Below are positions 50,654 to 60,614 of a DNA stretch of 64,000 nucleotides, one piece after another; the first letter of the stretch is position 1; every line of letters begins with the position of its first letter. The position numbers and the translations under genes were made by a program. Source of the stretch: Sulfurospirillaceae bacterium (GTDB lineage Bacteria > Campylobacterota > Campylobacteria > Campylobacterales > Sulfurospirillaceae); the NCBI GenBank assembly GCA_033723415.1, contig JAWVXD010000003.1, positions 256,001 to 320,000 on the forward strand, read 5' to 3'. The notes under the pieces are model-generated. The model did no database searches and was not told the DNA's origin. It worked only from the letters and a program-made list of their open reading frames with translations.

Positions 50654-51492
50654 ATAAAAAAATAGAAATAGGAAAGATAAATATCCTACAGGTAGATAGG
50701 ATAGCAGATCCTGGATTATATCTGGTAGACGAAGAAGGTGAAAGTGTACTCTTGCCAAATGCATATGTCAGTGAAGATATGCAACTTGATGATATGTTGG
50801 AAGTTTTTATCTATACGGACTCGGAAGATAGGCTTATCGCTACGACTCTGAAGCCAAAGGCCATGCTTGATGAATTTGGTTATTTTGAAGTAGTGAGCGT
50901 AACAAATTTTGGTGCTTTTGTAGATTGGGGTTTGCCAAAAGATCTCTTCGTACCAAAAGCACTCCAAAAGATACCTTTGGAAGAGGGGATGAAGTTTGTT
51001 TTTAGGATTTGTTTAGATGAAGACACAAACAGGCTTGTCGGGGCACATAAGTTCAAAAAATATATCAGAAATGATATAGAAGAACTTGAAGTAAATCAAC
51101 GAGTAGAAATTATCATTCGTGAAAAGACTCCTCTTGGTTATAAAGTTATCGTGGATAATAAATATGAAGCAATGATCTTTCAAAATGAGATCTTTGAAGA
51201 TATTTGGATAGGTCAAAAAAAGATTGCTTATATTAAAAAAATAAGACCAGACAAAAAACTTGATATTTCGCTGCAGCCGATAGGTAAAGAAAACGAAAAC
51301 GTAGCAGTGCATAGGTTAGAAAAAGTATTAAGGTCAAATGGTGGAAGTATGCCATTTACTTATAAAAGCTCTTCTGAAGATATAAAAGAAGCTTTTGGAC
51401 TTAGTAAAAAGAACTATAAAAGAGCGCTAACCAAACTTTTGGAAGAAAAAATTATAACTCTGGATGAGAATACAATTTGCTTAAATCAGTAG
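50650..51492 (+). CDS. cvfB: CvfB-family S1 RNA-binding protein
   Basis: FIYTDSEDR, FGAFVDWGLPKDLFVP and FGLSKKNYKRAL winged helix. Confidence 0.88.
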   Translation: MNKKIEIGKINILQVDRIADPGLYLVDEEGESVLLPNAYVSEDMQLDDMLEVFIYTDSEDRLIATTLKPKAMLDEFGYFEVVSVTNFGAFVDWGLPKDLFVPKALQKIPLEEGMKFVFRICLDEDTNRLVGAHKFKKYIRNDIEELEVNQRVEIIIREKTPLGYKVIVDNKYEAMIFQNEIFEDIWIGQKKIAYIKKIRPDKKLDISLQPIGKENENVAVHRLEKVLRSNGGSMPFTYKSSSEDIKEAFGLSKKNYKRALTKLLEEKIITLDENTICLNQ

Positions 51493-52682
51493 CTATTATT
51501 GGAGCAGGAGCTTCAGGACTTGTTGCGGCAATAGTCGCAGCAAGAAACGGAGCAAAGGTCTGTGTTTATGAAAAAAATTCTAAAATAGGTAAAAAGATCT
51601 TAGCTACAGGGAACGGTAGATGCAATATCACAAACAAAAATATCCAAACTTCAAATTATCATGGTTTAAATTCATCATTTGTAAATCCTGCGATAAATAA
51701 ATTTAACACTTCTATGTGTATAGATTTTTTTAGAGAACTGGGAATAGAGATGTTTGAGGGGAACAACGGTAGACTTTATCCAAAGAGTCACCAATCTTCA
51801 AGCGTAGTTGAACTGTTAGCTTACGAATGTAATATTTTAGGCGTAGAATTTTTATTAAATTTTGAAGTTGATAAAATTACAAAGGAAAATGGCAAATTTG
51901 CTATTTTTTCTGCAGAAAATAAAAAGTATGCAGATAAAGTTTTGATATCTACAGGCGGCTTGGCAATGCCTACATTAGGAAGCAGTGACAGTGGATATAA
52001 AATTGCCAAAACATTTGGACACAGTATCATATCACCTTGTGCATCTTTGGTTCAATTAGAATGTGAAGATGATCTCAAAAGTATAAACGGTGTAAAAATT
52101 GAAGGTAATATAGAGATATTAGTTGATGGACAAAGTGTTAGCAAGAAAAATGGAGACATTCTTTTTACAAACTATGGCATCTCAGGTTCTGCTATCTTAG
52201 ATGTAAGTAGAAGTGCTGCAAAGGCTTTGGAATTTCAAAGAGATGTTATAGCCATGCTAGATCTGATACCGGAATATTCAAAAGAACAGTTGAAAAATAT
52301 ACTGATAAAAAGAAAAAAATTTTCCAATAAAAAAAGTTTGGAAATATGGTTGGACGGGTTTATAAATTCAAAATTGGCTAAATTTATAGCTAAAGATTTT
52401 CCTGTTAAAAAGGCAGATGATCTTAATACAAAAGATATTGTAAGACTTGTTTATTTATTTAAAAATATGAAACTCAAAGTAACCGGGACAAGAGGTTTTA
52501 AAAGTGCAGAAGTAACAGCCGGCGGTATAAATACAGATGAAATAAATGCACAAACTATGGAATCAAAATTCCAAAAAGGACTTTTCTTTAGCGGTGAAGT
52601 ATTGGATATTGATGGAGATTGCGGTGGATATAATCTTCACTGGGCATGGGCTAGCGGATATACAGTAGGTAAAAATATTTAA
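51477..52682 (+). CDS. HI0933/YhiN/BaiN-family flavoprotein
   Basis: GAGASG, KILATGNGRCNITN, FTNYGISG, VTAGG and GDCGGYNLHWAWASG motifs. Confidence 0.92.
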   Translation: MLKSVAIIGAGASGLVAAIVAARNGAKVCVYEKNSKIGKKILATGNGRCNITNKNIQTSNYHGLNSSFVNPAINKFNTSMCIDFFRELGIEMFEGNNGRLYPKSHQSSSVVELLAYECNILGVEFLLNFEVDKITKENGKFAIFSAENKKYADKVLISTGGLAMPTLGSSDSGYKIAKTFGHSIISPCASLVQLECEDDLKSINGVKIEGNIEILVDGQSVSKKNGDILFTNYGISGSAILDVSRSAAKALEFQRDVIAMLDLIPEYSKEQLKNILIKRKKFSNKKSLEIWLDGFINSKLAKFIAKDFPVKKADDLNTKDIVRLVYLFKNMKLKVTGTRGFKSAEVTAGGINTDEINAQTMESKFQKGLFFSGEVLDIDGDCGGYNLHWAWASGYTVGKNI

Positions 52683-52742
52683 GTACTTAGTCTATTTTTT
52701 AAGAGCTTTTTTTGTAGAATCGATTAAGATATACTAATGTTG

Positions 52743-52899
52743 AAGCTAAACTTTTTGCATAAAGTGCAAGCTTTAATGAGATGATATTTACTTGGGTTTT
52801 TACCCAAGTCAAAGAAGAAATAAGATAAAAATTCTGCATAAAGTGCAAGCTTTAGTGAGATGAATTTTGTTTGGGTTTTACTCAAACAAAAGAAGAAAT
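52743..52899 (+). repeat. Two tandem ~79-nt structured repeats in the dnaE leader
   Basis: Units 52743-52821 and 52822-52899 share tgcataaagtgcaagcttta(a/g)tgagatga..ttgggtttt(t)ac(c/t)caa..aaagaagaaat; the second hairpin carries compensatory changes. Confidence 0.85.
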
Positions 52900-52920
52900 T
52901 AAATAGAAAGAAATAAAATT

Positions 52921-55900
52921 ATGAAATTTACACATTTACATTTACATACCGAATATTCACTTTTAGACGGTGCAAATAAGATAGCTAAATTAGCAAGCGA
53001 GCTTAAAAAACAAGGAGTTGAATCTGTTGCTATAACAGATCATGGCAATATGTTCGGTGCTATAGATTTTTATAAGACTATGAAAAGTGTAGGAATTAAA
53101 CCGATAATCGGTATGGAAGCATATATACACAACAAAGATGAGATAGATGACAAATCTACGAAACAAAGATTTCACCTTTGTTTACATGCGAAAAATGAGA
53201 TAGGATACAAAAATTTGATGTATCTATCTTCTCAAAGCTTTATAAATGGATTTTATTATTATCCCAGGATCAACAAAAAAATGTTGAGAGAGAGAAGTGA
53301 GGGATTGATCTGTACAAGTGCTTGTTTACAGGGTGAAGTAAATTGGCATCTTAATACAAATAATCCTAGGAATGTACAATTTGGTGCAAAAGGTTATGAA
53401 GGCGCCAAAGCTGTAGCATTAGAATACAAAGATATATTTGGGGATGATTTTTATTTAGAACTTATGCGTCATGGAATAGGGGACCAACAATATATCGATG
53501 AGAGTACGATCAGATTATCAAAAGAGACAGGTATCAAGATAATCGCTACAAATGACACGCATTATCTTAAAGAAGATAATGCAGAAGCTCATGAAGCATT
53601 TATGTGTATAGCTATGAATAAAGAGTTTGATGACCCAAATAGGCTTCGTCATTCTGTTCATGAGTTTTATCTTAAATCTCCTGAAGAGATAGCTCAGTTA
53701 TATGCTGACATCCCTGAAGCTATATTAAATACTCAAGAGATAGTAGAAAAATGTAATCTTGACATAAAATTAGGAGATCCGACTCCTCCAAAATTTAAAT
53801 TTACCAAAGAATATGCTAAGAAAGAGGGATTAATCTGTGAAAATGATGATGAGTATTTTAGACATCAATGCAAGATAGGATTGGAACAGAGATTAGAGTT
53901 AGTGGATGTTTCTCTTCATGATGAGTACAGAGAAAGACTAGAGACTGAGATGGATATAATCTGCAATATGAAATTCCCGGGTTACATGCTGATAGTTTGG
54001 GATTTTATACGTGAAGCCAAAAAACGAGGAATTCCTGTAGGTCCAGGTCGGGGTAGTGCGGCTGGAAGTTTGGTCGCTTTTTCTTTGTTTATTACAGATA
54101 TTGATCCGATGAAGTACAATCTTCTTTTTGAGAGATTTTTGAATCCGGAGCGTGTAAGCATGCCCGATATTGATATTGATTTTTGTCAAAGTAGACGTGG
54201 AGAGATCATAGATTATGTCGTACAAAAATATGGAAGATACAATGTTGCGCAGGTTATCACTTTTGGTAAGCTTTTGGCAAAAGGTGTTATAAGGGATGTT
54301 GCAAGAGTTTTAGGTGTCCCGTATGCAAAAGCCGATAAGATGGCAAAACTGGTGCCTGATGAATTGGAAATCACTCTAAACGGTAAAGGAGTTGAAGGTG
54401 AAGAAGGTTTTAAACCAGGTGCTTTTCAAAAAGAGGAAAAATTAAGACAATGGATAGAAGAAGATCCTGAGATAGCAAGAGTTTGGAAATTTGCTTTGGC
54501 TTTAGAGGGACTAAACAGGAACTCAGGTATGCATGCAGCAGGAGTTGTTATAAGCGATGAAGAACTCTGGCATAAAACACCTCTTTACAAACCATCTGGT
54601 GAAGAACAGCTTGTCACTCAATATTCACTGAATTATCTTGAGGATGTAGATCTTATAAAATTCGACTTTCTTGGTTTAAAGACTTTAACGGTTATAGATA
54701 AGGCTCTAAAACTCATCAAAAAAAGGTATGGCAAAGAGATAGATTTTAACAGTATTGATGTAAATGACCCAAATATCTATAAACTTATACAAAGTGGACA
54801 TACGATAGGTTTATTTCAGATCGAATCAAGCGGTATGCAATCACTTAATGAAAGATTGAAGCCTACGAATTTTGAAGATATCGTCGCGGTACTGGCACTG
54901 TATCGTCCGGGTCCTATGGAATCGGGAATGTTAAATGACTTCATAGATAGAAAACACGGAATCAAAGAGATAGATTATTTTTATGATGAGTTTACAAAAC
55001 CTCTCAAACCTATACTAGAAGCTACTTATGGTGTTATTGTTTATCAAGAACAAGTTATGCAGATAGTGCAGGCGATAGGTGGATTCAGCTTAGGAAAATC
55101 AGATATCGTTAGACGGGCTATGGGTAAGAAAAAAATCTCAGAAATGCTCAAATATAAAACAGAATTTGCAAACGGAGCTAAAGAAAAGGGCTACAACTAT
55201 GATCATGCGATAGAACTTTTTGAATTGATCGAGAAATTTGCAGGTTATGGTTTCAATAAATCTCACTCTGCAGCTTATGCTATGATAACATTCCAAACCG
55301 CCTATCTTAAGAACTATTATCCGCAAGAGTTTATGGCAGCACTTTTGACAAGTGAACAAGACAATACTGATAAGATAGTCAAATATATTGATGAAGTAAA
55401 GAGACTTGGAATAAAACTTTCTCCACCAAGTGTAAAGAAAAGTTTGATTGAGTTCACAGCAGTTAAAGACGAGAATGGTGAAGAAACTATATTGTTTGGA
55501 TTAGGTGCTGTAAAAGGTATGGGAAGTTCTGCTATTACTAAAATACTTGAAGCAAGAGCTGAGGAAAATTTTAAAGATCTTGATGATTTTCTTTCCAAAA
55601 TAGACACGTCAAAAGTTAATAAAAGAGTTATTGAATCTCTTATAAAATCAGGAAGTTTGGATGATTTTTCACATACGAGAAGGGCACTGCTTGATAATAT
55701 AGAAAAGATAGTGGAAACTGCAGGAGAGTGTGCTAGAGCTAAAAAGATGGCTGAAAATTCTCTTTTTGGAGATGATGCCGAGTTGGTATCTTTGCATATA
55801 GATATACCAAATGTGCCTGAATTTGATATGAAAAAAGTATTGGAATTTGAAAAAGATACGATGGGATTTTATGTTTCAGGTCATCCATTGGATGAATATA

Positions 55901-56457
55901 AAGAAGCGATCGATGCCATTTCTTATACACTTTCAAGTGAAATAGACAATTTAGGTGATGGAAGTACGGCACTTTTTATAGGCAAAGTAGAAGAAATAAC
56001 AGAAAAAATAAGCAAAAAAGGTCACAAATTCGCTATTTTAAATCTTATGGACTTTCATGGAAATATCGAGATAACACTCTTTTCTAAACATTTGGACAAG
56101 ATAGAACGGATGAATAAAGAAGAACCTATATGCCTAAAAGTTTCTATAACAAGAGATGACAGAGGTGTCAATAAAAGGGTCTTGAAGATTTTAAATATTG
56201 AAGAGGCGAAGAAAGAAAAAACAGAAACAAAAGTTATTGAAGTAGAAGCAGAACCTAAAACCTTATTTATTGAATTCCAAAAGAATTATGAGATATTGGA
56301 GGATCTATACAGACTGGTAAGAGAAAATCCAGGGAATAGGCCATTGAAGCTAGTATTTTCTTCAAAATTACAAGATGTTGTTTTTGATACTTACTTAAAA
56401 GTTTCAGATGACATAGATGAGAAACTTAAAGAAATAAATTTGGCAGGGGTAGCATAA
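52921..56457 (+). CDS. dnaE: DNA polymerase III alpha subunit
   Basis: HLHLHTEYSLLDG PHP domain, GPGRGSAAGS, PDIDIDF, KFDFLGL and GYGFNKSH motifs; no intein evident. Confidence 0.98.
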   Translation: MKFTHLHLHTEYSLLDGANKIAKLASELKKQGVESVAITDHGNMFGAIDFYKTMKSVGIKPIIGMEAYIHNKDEIDDKSTKQRFHLCLHAKNEIGYKNLMYLSSQSFINGFYYYPRINKKMLRERSEGLICTSACLQGEVNWHLNTNNPRNVQFGAKGYEGAKAVALEYKDIFGDDFYLELMRHGIGDQQYIDESTIRLSKETGIKIIATNDTHYLKEDNAEAHEAFMCIAMNKEFDDPNRLRHSVHEFYLKSPEEIAQLYADIPEAILNTQEIVEKCNLDIKLGDPTPPKFKFTKEYAKKEGLICENDDEYFRHQCKIGLEQRLELVDVSLHDEYRERLETEMDIICNMKFPGYMLIVWDFIREAKKRGIPVGPGRGSAAGSLVAFSLFITDIDPMKYNLLFERFLNPERVSMPDIDIDFCQSRRGEIIDYVVQKYGRYNVAQVITFGKLLAKGVIRDVARVLGVPYAKADKMAKLVPDELEITLNGKGVEGEEGFKPGAFQKEEKLRQWIEEDPEIARVWKFALALEGLNRNSGMHAAGVVISDEELWHKTPLYKPSGEEQLVTQYSLNYLEDVDLIKFDFLGLKTLTVIDKALKLIKKRYGKEIDFNSIDVNDPNIYKLIQSGHTIGLFQIESSGMQSLNERLKPTNFEDIVAVLALYRPGPMESGMLNDFIDRKHGIKEIDYFYDEFTKPLKPILEATYGVIVYQEQVMQIVQAIGGFSLGKSDIVRRAMGKKKISEMLKYKTEFANGAKEKGYNYDHAIELFELIEKFAGYGFNKSHSAAYAMITFQTAYLKNYYPQEFMAALLTSEQDNTDKIVKYIDEVKRLGIKLSPPSVKKSLIEFTAVKDENGEETILFGLGAVKGMGSSAITKILEARAEENFKDLDDFLSKIDTSKVNKRVIESLIKSGSLDDFSHTRRALLDNIEKIVETAGECARAKKMAENSLFGDDAELVSLHIDIPNVPEFDMKKVLEFEKDTMGFYVSGHPLDEYKEAIDAISYTLSSEIDNLGDGSTALFIGKVEEITEKISKKGHKFAILNLMDFHGNIEITLFSKHLDKIERMNKEEPICLKVSITRDDRGVNKRVLKILNIEEAKKEKTETKVIEVEAEPKTLFIEFQKNYEILEDLYRLVRENPGNRPLKLVFSSKLQDVVFDTYLKVSDDIDEKLKEINLAGVA

Positions 56458-56466
56458 CGTCTACCC

Positions 56467-56853
56467 TTAAATATCTTTTAAATAGTTTTCCATGACATCT
56501 GTCATCGTGAGGATCCCTTCTATCTCGTTATTGTCTATTACGAGTAGTCTTTTGACATTTGCTTTGACCATCAATTGTACGGCATAAGTGACATTTAACT
56601 CTTCAGATACCTGAAATGCCGGTTTTGAGCAGATGTCATAAACTCGGAGTAGATCAATATCCCCATCGTTTGAAATTATTGAAAACATTATATTTTTATA
56701 GGTCAATAATCCATATGCATCGCTAGGTCTTAATTTATCGACAATGAGGGATTTTACTTTTCTCTCTTTCATCATTTTTAAAGCATCTCTGATCGGTGAC
56801 ATTGGTGATACAATAGATAGGTTATTTTTTTTCATAATATCTCTTACTAACAT
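56467..56853 (-). CDS. Stand-alone CBS-pair protein
   Basis: MLVRDIM, ALKMM..RKVKSLIV, YGLLT..I, LM....VKRLLV and EGILT.TD; two CBS repeats. Confidence 0.88.
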   Translation of the reverse strand: MLVRDIMKKNNLSIVSPMSPIRDALKMMKERKVKSLIVDKLRPSDAYGLLTYKNIMFSIISNDGDIDLLRVYDICSKPAFQVSEELNVTYAVQLMVKANVKRLLVIDNNEIEGILTMTDVMENYLKDI

Positions 56854-56863
56854 GACAACTCCT

Positions 56864-57217
56864 TTATAATTCGTTTTTTATCTCTTCTTCAAAAAAATCA
56901 ATTTCATCTACATCTAATCCGGCTAGATGAGTTAGAGGAAATGTAAAAAGCATACCATTTCTGTTTTCTTTACTATCCATATCCAATTCATGTTTCAATT
57001 TTTTGAATATTACGGTAGATACCCGCTTAGGCAATATAAACAGAAGAACAGATACATTTTCTTCCAACGTAAGACCAAAAAATACTTTTTTTTCTTTTAA
57101 TCCTATATTTTTACCATGAAGTATAGTGACACTTCCGGCACCTGCTTCTTTTGCGATTTTTATAACATTTTCTTCTTGGGCATCAGGTATGATAGCTGCC
57201 AAAACAATAAATTGCAT
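56864..57217 (-). CDS. P-II-like signalling protein
   Basis: 117 aa with a PII-like pattern (AII....E.V...AKEAGAGSVTILHG..G...FFGL...G..FT.P...AGL); lacks the canonical GlnB YRGAEY T-loop. Confidence 0.8.
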   Translation of the reverse strand: MQFIVLAAIIPDAQEENVIKIAKEAGAGSVTILHGKNIGLKEKKVFFGLTLEENVSVLLFILPKRVSTVIFKKLKHELDMDSKENRNGMLFTFPLTHLAGLDVDEIDFFEEEIKNEL

Positions 57218-57218
57218 T

Positions 57219-58715
57219 TTATTTTCTCCTCTTTGAAATTTGTGTGACTAATATACCGTATCCCATGACTGTTATCATAGGGAATAAAGATGCAAATGCG
57301 ATCAAGCCAAAGCCATCTATCAATACGCTTCTTCCAGGTATATTACGTGCTAGCCCTAAACCTAAAGCAGCAACTAATGGTACGGTGACAGTCGAGGTTG
57401 TAACACCTCCACTGTCATATGCTATGGGAATTATGTATTTTGGTGCAAAATATGTCAGTATAATAACAAAAATATATCCTGTTATGATATAGTAGTAAAT
57501 CGGATCACCATGTACAATTCTATAGGAGCCGAGCGATATTCCAATAGCCACACCAAGAGCTACAGAAATCCTTAGAACAGATTGATTTATATTTCCTTCA
57601 CTTATCTCGTTTGCTTTGGAAGCTATAGCTATGAGTGCCGGTTCAGCCATAGTAGTTGAAAAACCAATAGAAAACCCAAAAAGATATATGTACCATACAT
57701 TTTTCATACTTGTCAATGAAGTTGCCAATTCTGCACCTATTGGGAATAATCCAAATTCTAGTCCCAAGATAAAGGCATACAATCCTACCAATACCATAAA
57801 AATTCCACTAGTAACCTTTGGAATATGAGGTATAGCTTTTTTTATGACGAAATACTGAAAGAATCCTATCACCAAGATTATAGGGATCACATCTTTTGCT
57901 ACATTTAAAAAGTCAAAAAACAATCTTATAAAACCCAAATTATTTATCTGATCTACGGTTGTTACAGTATGTGTTAAGATTTTTGTATTTGTAGGAGCAT
58001 CAAAAAAATTGTAAACGACTATACCATATAATTGTACAAATATCATAGGTGTTAAAGAAGCAAATGCTATCAACCCAAAACCATCGATCGCAGGATTCCT
58101 GCCTTTTATGCTGGAGGCCAAACCTATGCCTAAAGCAGCCACTAAGGGTACGGTAACGGTTGAGGTTGTAACTCCTCCGCTGTCATATGCAAGACCTATG
58201 ATTTGCTGTGGTGCAAAAAAAGTTATAATGACTACTATAATGTATCCGGCGATTATATAATAATGTACAGGGTGTCCCAAAAGAATTCTAAGAACTCCTA
58301 TGGAAATTGCAAAGCCTACAGCGATAGCAACAGTCAATCGTAAGAAAAATGCATCTATCCTTCCATCGCTGATGATTGAGGCCTTGTGCGCTATTGCTAT
58401 GAGTGCCGGTTCTGCTATAGTCGTTGCAAAGCCTAAAAAAAATGCAAATAACAAAAGCCAAAATAGAGATCCTTTTTTAGCAAAATCAGTTGCAAGATTT
58501 TCTCCCACAGGGAATATACCTATCTCAAGACCCCGTATGAACATAGCAAGTCCAAAAACTATAATACATAATCCAACTATAATCGAGACTAAATTTTTTG
58601 GTACTTCTCCGATTATCCATATCTGAAAGAAAGAAATGACTATGACAATAGGCACTAGATCTTTCATGGAATTCAGTATATCGTGTAAGAAAATATTTAT
58701 GCTCTCTTTAAGCAA
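57219..58715 (-). CDS. DUF1538-family membrane protein with two fused DUF1538 repeats
   Basis: Two homologous halves, each with [42 protein letters not shown] and [14 protein letters not shown]. Confidence 0.85.
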   Translation of the reverse strand: MLKESINIFLHDILNSMKDLVPIVIVISFFQIWIIGEVPKNLVSIIVGLCIIVFGLAMFIRGLEIGIFPVGENLATDFAKKGSLFWLLLFAFFLGFATTIAEPALIAIAHKASIISDGRIDAFFLRLTVAIAVGFAISIGVLRILLGHPVHYYIIAGYIIVVIITFFAPQQIIGLAYDSGGVTTSTVTVPLVAALGIGLASSIKGRNPAIDGFGLIAFASLTPMIFVQLYGIVVYNFFDAPTNTKILTHTVTTVDQINNLGFIRLFFDFLNVAKDVIPIILVIGFFQYFVIKKAIPHIPKVTSGIFMVLVGLYAFILGLEFGLFPIGAELATSLTSMKNVWYIYLFGFSIGFSTTMAEPALIAIASKANEISEGNINQSVLRISVALGVAIGISLGSYRIVHGDPIYYYIITGYIFVIILTYFAPKYIIPIAYDSGGVTTSTVTVPLVAALGLGLARNIPGRSVLIDGFGLIAFASLFPMITVMGYGILVTQISKRRK

Positions 58716-59736
58716 TGTCTTTTCCTAAGATTATCTGAAATGCTTTTGGATTATTTATAAACCTTATCTCTCCTCCATGTGCTTTTATAATCTGAGAAGA
58801 AAGAGCAAGTCCCAGTCCATTGCCTTTTGTTTTTGTTGTCTTAAAAGGTTCAAAAAGAATATTTTCATTTTTGATCTTTTTCCCGTCATCACTGATATAA
58901 AAAAGATTTTGTTCATTTTCTTCGTAATATGAAATTTGTATTTTCCCATCTTCTTTGTCAGATTCTTCTATGGCATCGATTGCATTAAATATGAAGTTTT
59001 GAAAAACTAAGCATAAAAGATCGAAATCACCTTTGATTTGTATATCCGGCAGATTAAAATGAAAATCTATATTTTTAGAATAGGTGTAATAAGATATGGA
59101 TTGTTCCAGATCATCTATCAAACTTGATAGAGAAAAGTATTTTGCATCTACGTTGAGCCCTTTTGTGAAAAGTAAAGTTGCTTTGATTATTCTCTCAACT
59201 CTCCAGATTGATTTTCTCATCTCTAAGACTAACGGCTTAGTTTTTGTGTCAACTTTTTTATATAGAGTAGATGCCAAAAGTGAGACTGAGCCGATGGGAT
59301 TTCTTATCTCATGTGATAGATGAGCCGCAACTTGTCCCATGGAGATAAGTCTTTCTTGTCTTTTTTCTTCAGTTATATCTGTCGCACTTATGATCGTTTT
59401 TTCAGTTTGTTCTACTGTTTTTACAATGAAATATGAATCTTTGTATTTAAACTCTTTTCTATTTTTATTTTCTAAAATCTTGTGTAAGAGAGGTTCTAAT
59501 TCTTTAGCATCGCTATTTTGTAAGAAGATATCTCCGTTTTCATCAAGTACCCATAGGGCATTAGGCTGTACTTCTATGATCTGTTTTATGAAGTTTTGTA
59601 ATGACGAATATGATTCATTTAATTTTTTATACTCATTTTCGATTACGTATGTCTGGTTTATTAGATCATTTAAGCCTTTTTTGAATATCTCTTTTTCTTT
59701 TGTATTGAGGGAGTTTAATAAACTTTCGTCAATCAT
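58708..59736 (-). CDS. flgS: Cytoplasmic flagellar sensor histidine kinase (FlgS-like)
   Basis: [33 protein letters not shown] and FKTTK.KGNGLGL; no TM; follows the DUF234 gene as in Campylobacter. Start moved to ATG 59736. Confidence 0.85.
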   Translation of the reverse strand: MIDESLLNSLNTKEKEIFKKGLNDLINQTYVIENEYKKLNESYSSLQNFIKQIIEVQPNALWVLDENGDIFLQNSDAKELEPLLHKILENKNRKEFKYKDSYFIVKTVEQTEKTIISATDITEEKRQERLISMGQVAAHLSHEIRNPIGSVSLLASTLYKKVDTKTKPLVLEMRKSIWRVERIIKATLLFTKGLNVDAKYFSLSSLIDDLEQSISYYTYSKNIDFHFNLPDIQIKGDFDLLCLVFQNFIFNAIDAIEESDKEDGKIQISYYEENEQNLFYISDDGKKIKNENILFEPFKTTKTKGNGLGLALSSQIIKAHGGEIRFINNPKAFQIILGKDIA

Positions 59737-60613
59737 TGAATAGCCTTTCAAAATCATCTAAAGTATATAACTCTATATTAACATATTTTTTTGATTCTAG
59801 CTCTTTTGAATAACCACTTTTTGAAAATAGAGCAAATTTATCTATACCCAAATCAGCTTTTTGGCATTTGTTTATCAAAGAATTTAAAACATTTTTACAA
59901 ATTTTAGTATTTTTCCACTTTGCTTCACCTGCAATATTTAGAGAATTTGTCTTGATAAGTAGATCAATCTCAAGATTTTTATCCCAATATCCGCCGGTTG
60001 ATATGATTTGTTCATTTTTGTATACATGACGTAAAAGTTCGTTTGATAGGTTTTCAAACTCAAGACTTATAAATTTATCTAAAAAAGGTGCTATGTCAAT
60101 TTCGTATGAAATTTCATTTTTGTGTATATTCGGAGCAATAAATGTAAACCAAAATCTTGTAAAATTGTCTGAAAATTGGAGTTTGTCTTGTATTTTGTAT
60201 CTTCTTAGATCTTTTTTTATGAGTTGTTTCGTAGAGGTTTTTATAGGGGTCTCTCTACTTTTTTCTTTTTTGATGATCTTGTTCTCAAAAAGATACTTAT
60301 AAAGAACTCTGCCTTTCGTTTGAGACAATTTTTCTTTATTGTATACAGTATAACTTTTTCTATCTCCTTTTGCGATTCTTGTTAGTATTTTCTCTAGCAG
60401 TTTTTGAGTTGCGATTTCTTTATCATAAATAAAAGATGATTTGAGTTCTTCAATCTTGTCTATTATCTCTTCTTTTATTGTGGTATTGAGAGAATTTGTA
60501 AATTTTATATTTGATAAATTGTGATGACCGTCAAAAATAGAGTAATAAATTATGCATTCTTCTATGTTTAAATATGGAAATTTTTTCTTAAAATTCTGAA
60601 ATTTACTTTGCAA
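59729..60613 (-). CDS. DUF234-domain protein (degenerate ATPase-associated wHTH plus PD-(D/E)xK-like C-terminus)
   Basis: F.DNF.RFWF.FI, GGYWD...EIDL, GEAKW and LFSKSGYS motifs. Confidence 0.8.
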   Translation of the reverse strand: MQSKFQNFKKKFPYLNIEECIIYYSIFDGHHNLSNIKFTNSLNTTIKEEIIDKIEELKSSFIYDKEIATQKLLEKILTRIAKGDRKSYTVYNKEKLSQTKGRVLYKYLFENKIIKKEKSRETPIKTSTKQLIKKDLRRYKIQDKLQFSDNFTRFWFTFIAPNIHKNEISYEIDIAPFLDKFISLEFENLSNELLRHVYKNEQIISTGGYWDKNLEIDLLIKTNSLNIAGEAKWKNTKICKNVLNSLINKCQKADLGIDKFALFSKSGYSKELESKKYVNIELYTLDDFERLFND

Positions 60614-60614
60614 T

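Noticed and set aside
52743..52899. dnaE leader repeats as a CRISPR array, hammerhead ribozyme, or glycine/c-di-GMP riboswitch
   Set aside because: Only two units with no unique spacer and no cas genes; the hammerhead CUGANGA core is absent; I could not find the conserved glycine or GEMM aptamer nucleotides.
59729..60613. DUF234 protein as an anti-phage nuclease or defence system
   Set aside because: It has a PD-(D/E)xK-like C-terminus but no Walker A motif, and sits in the conserved position upstream of flgS rather than in a defence island.
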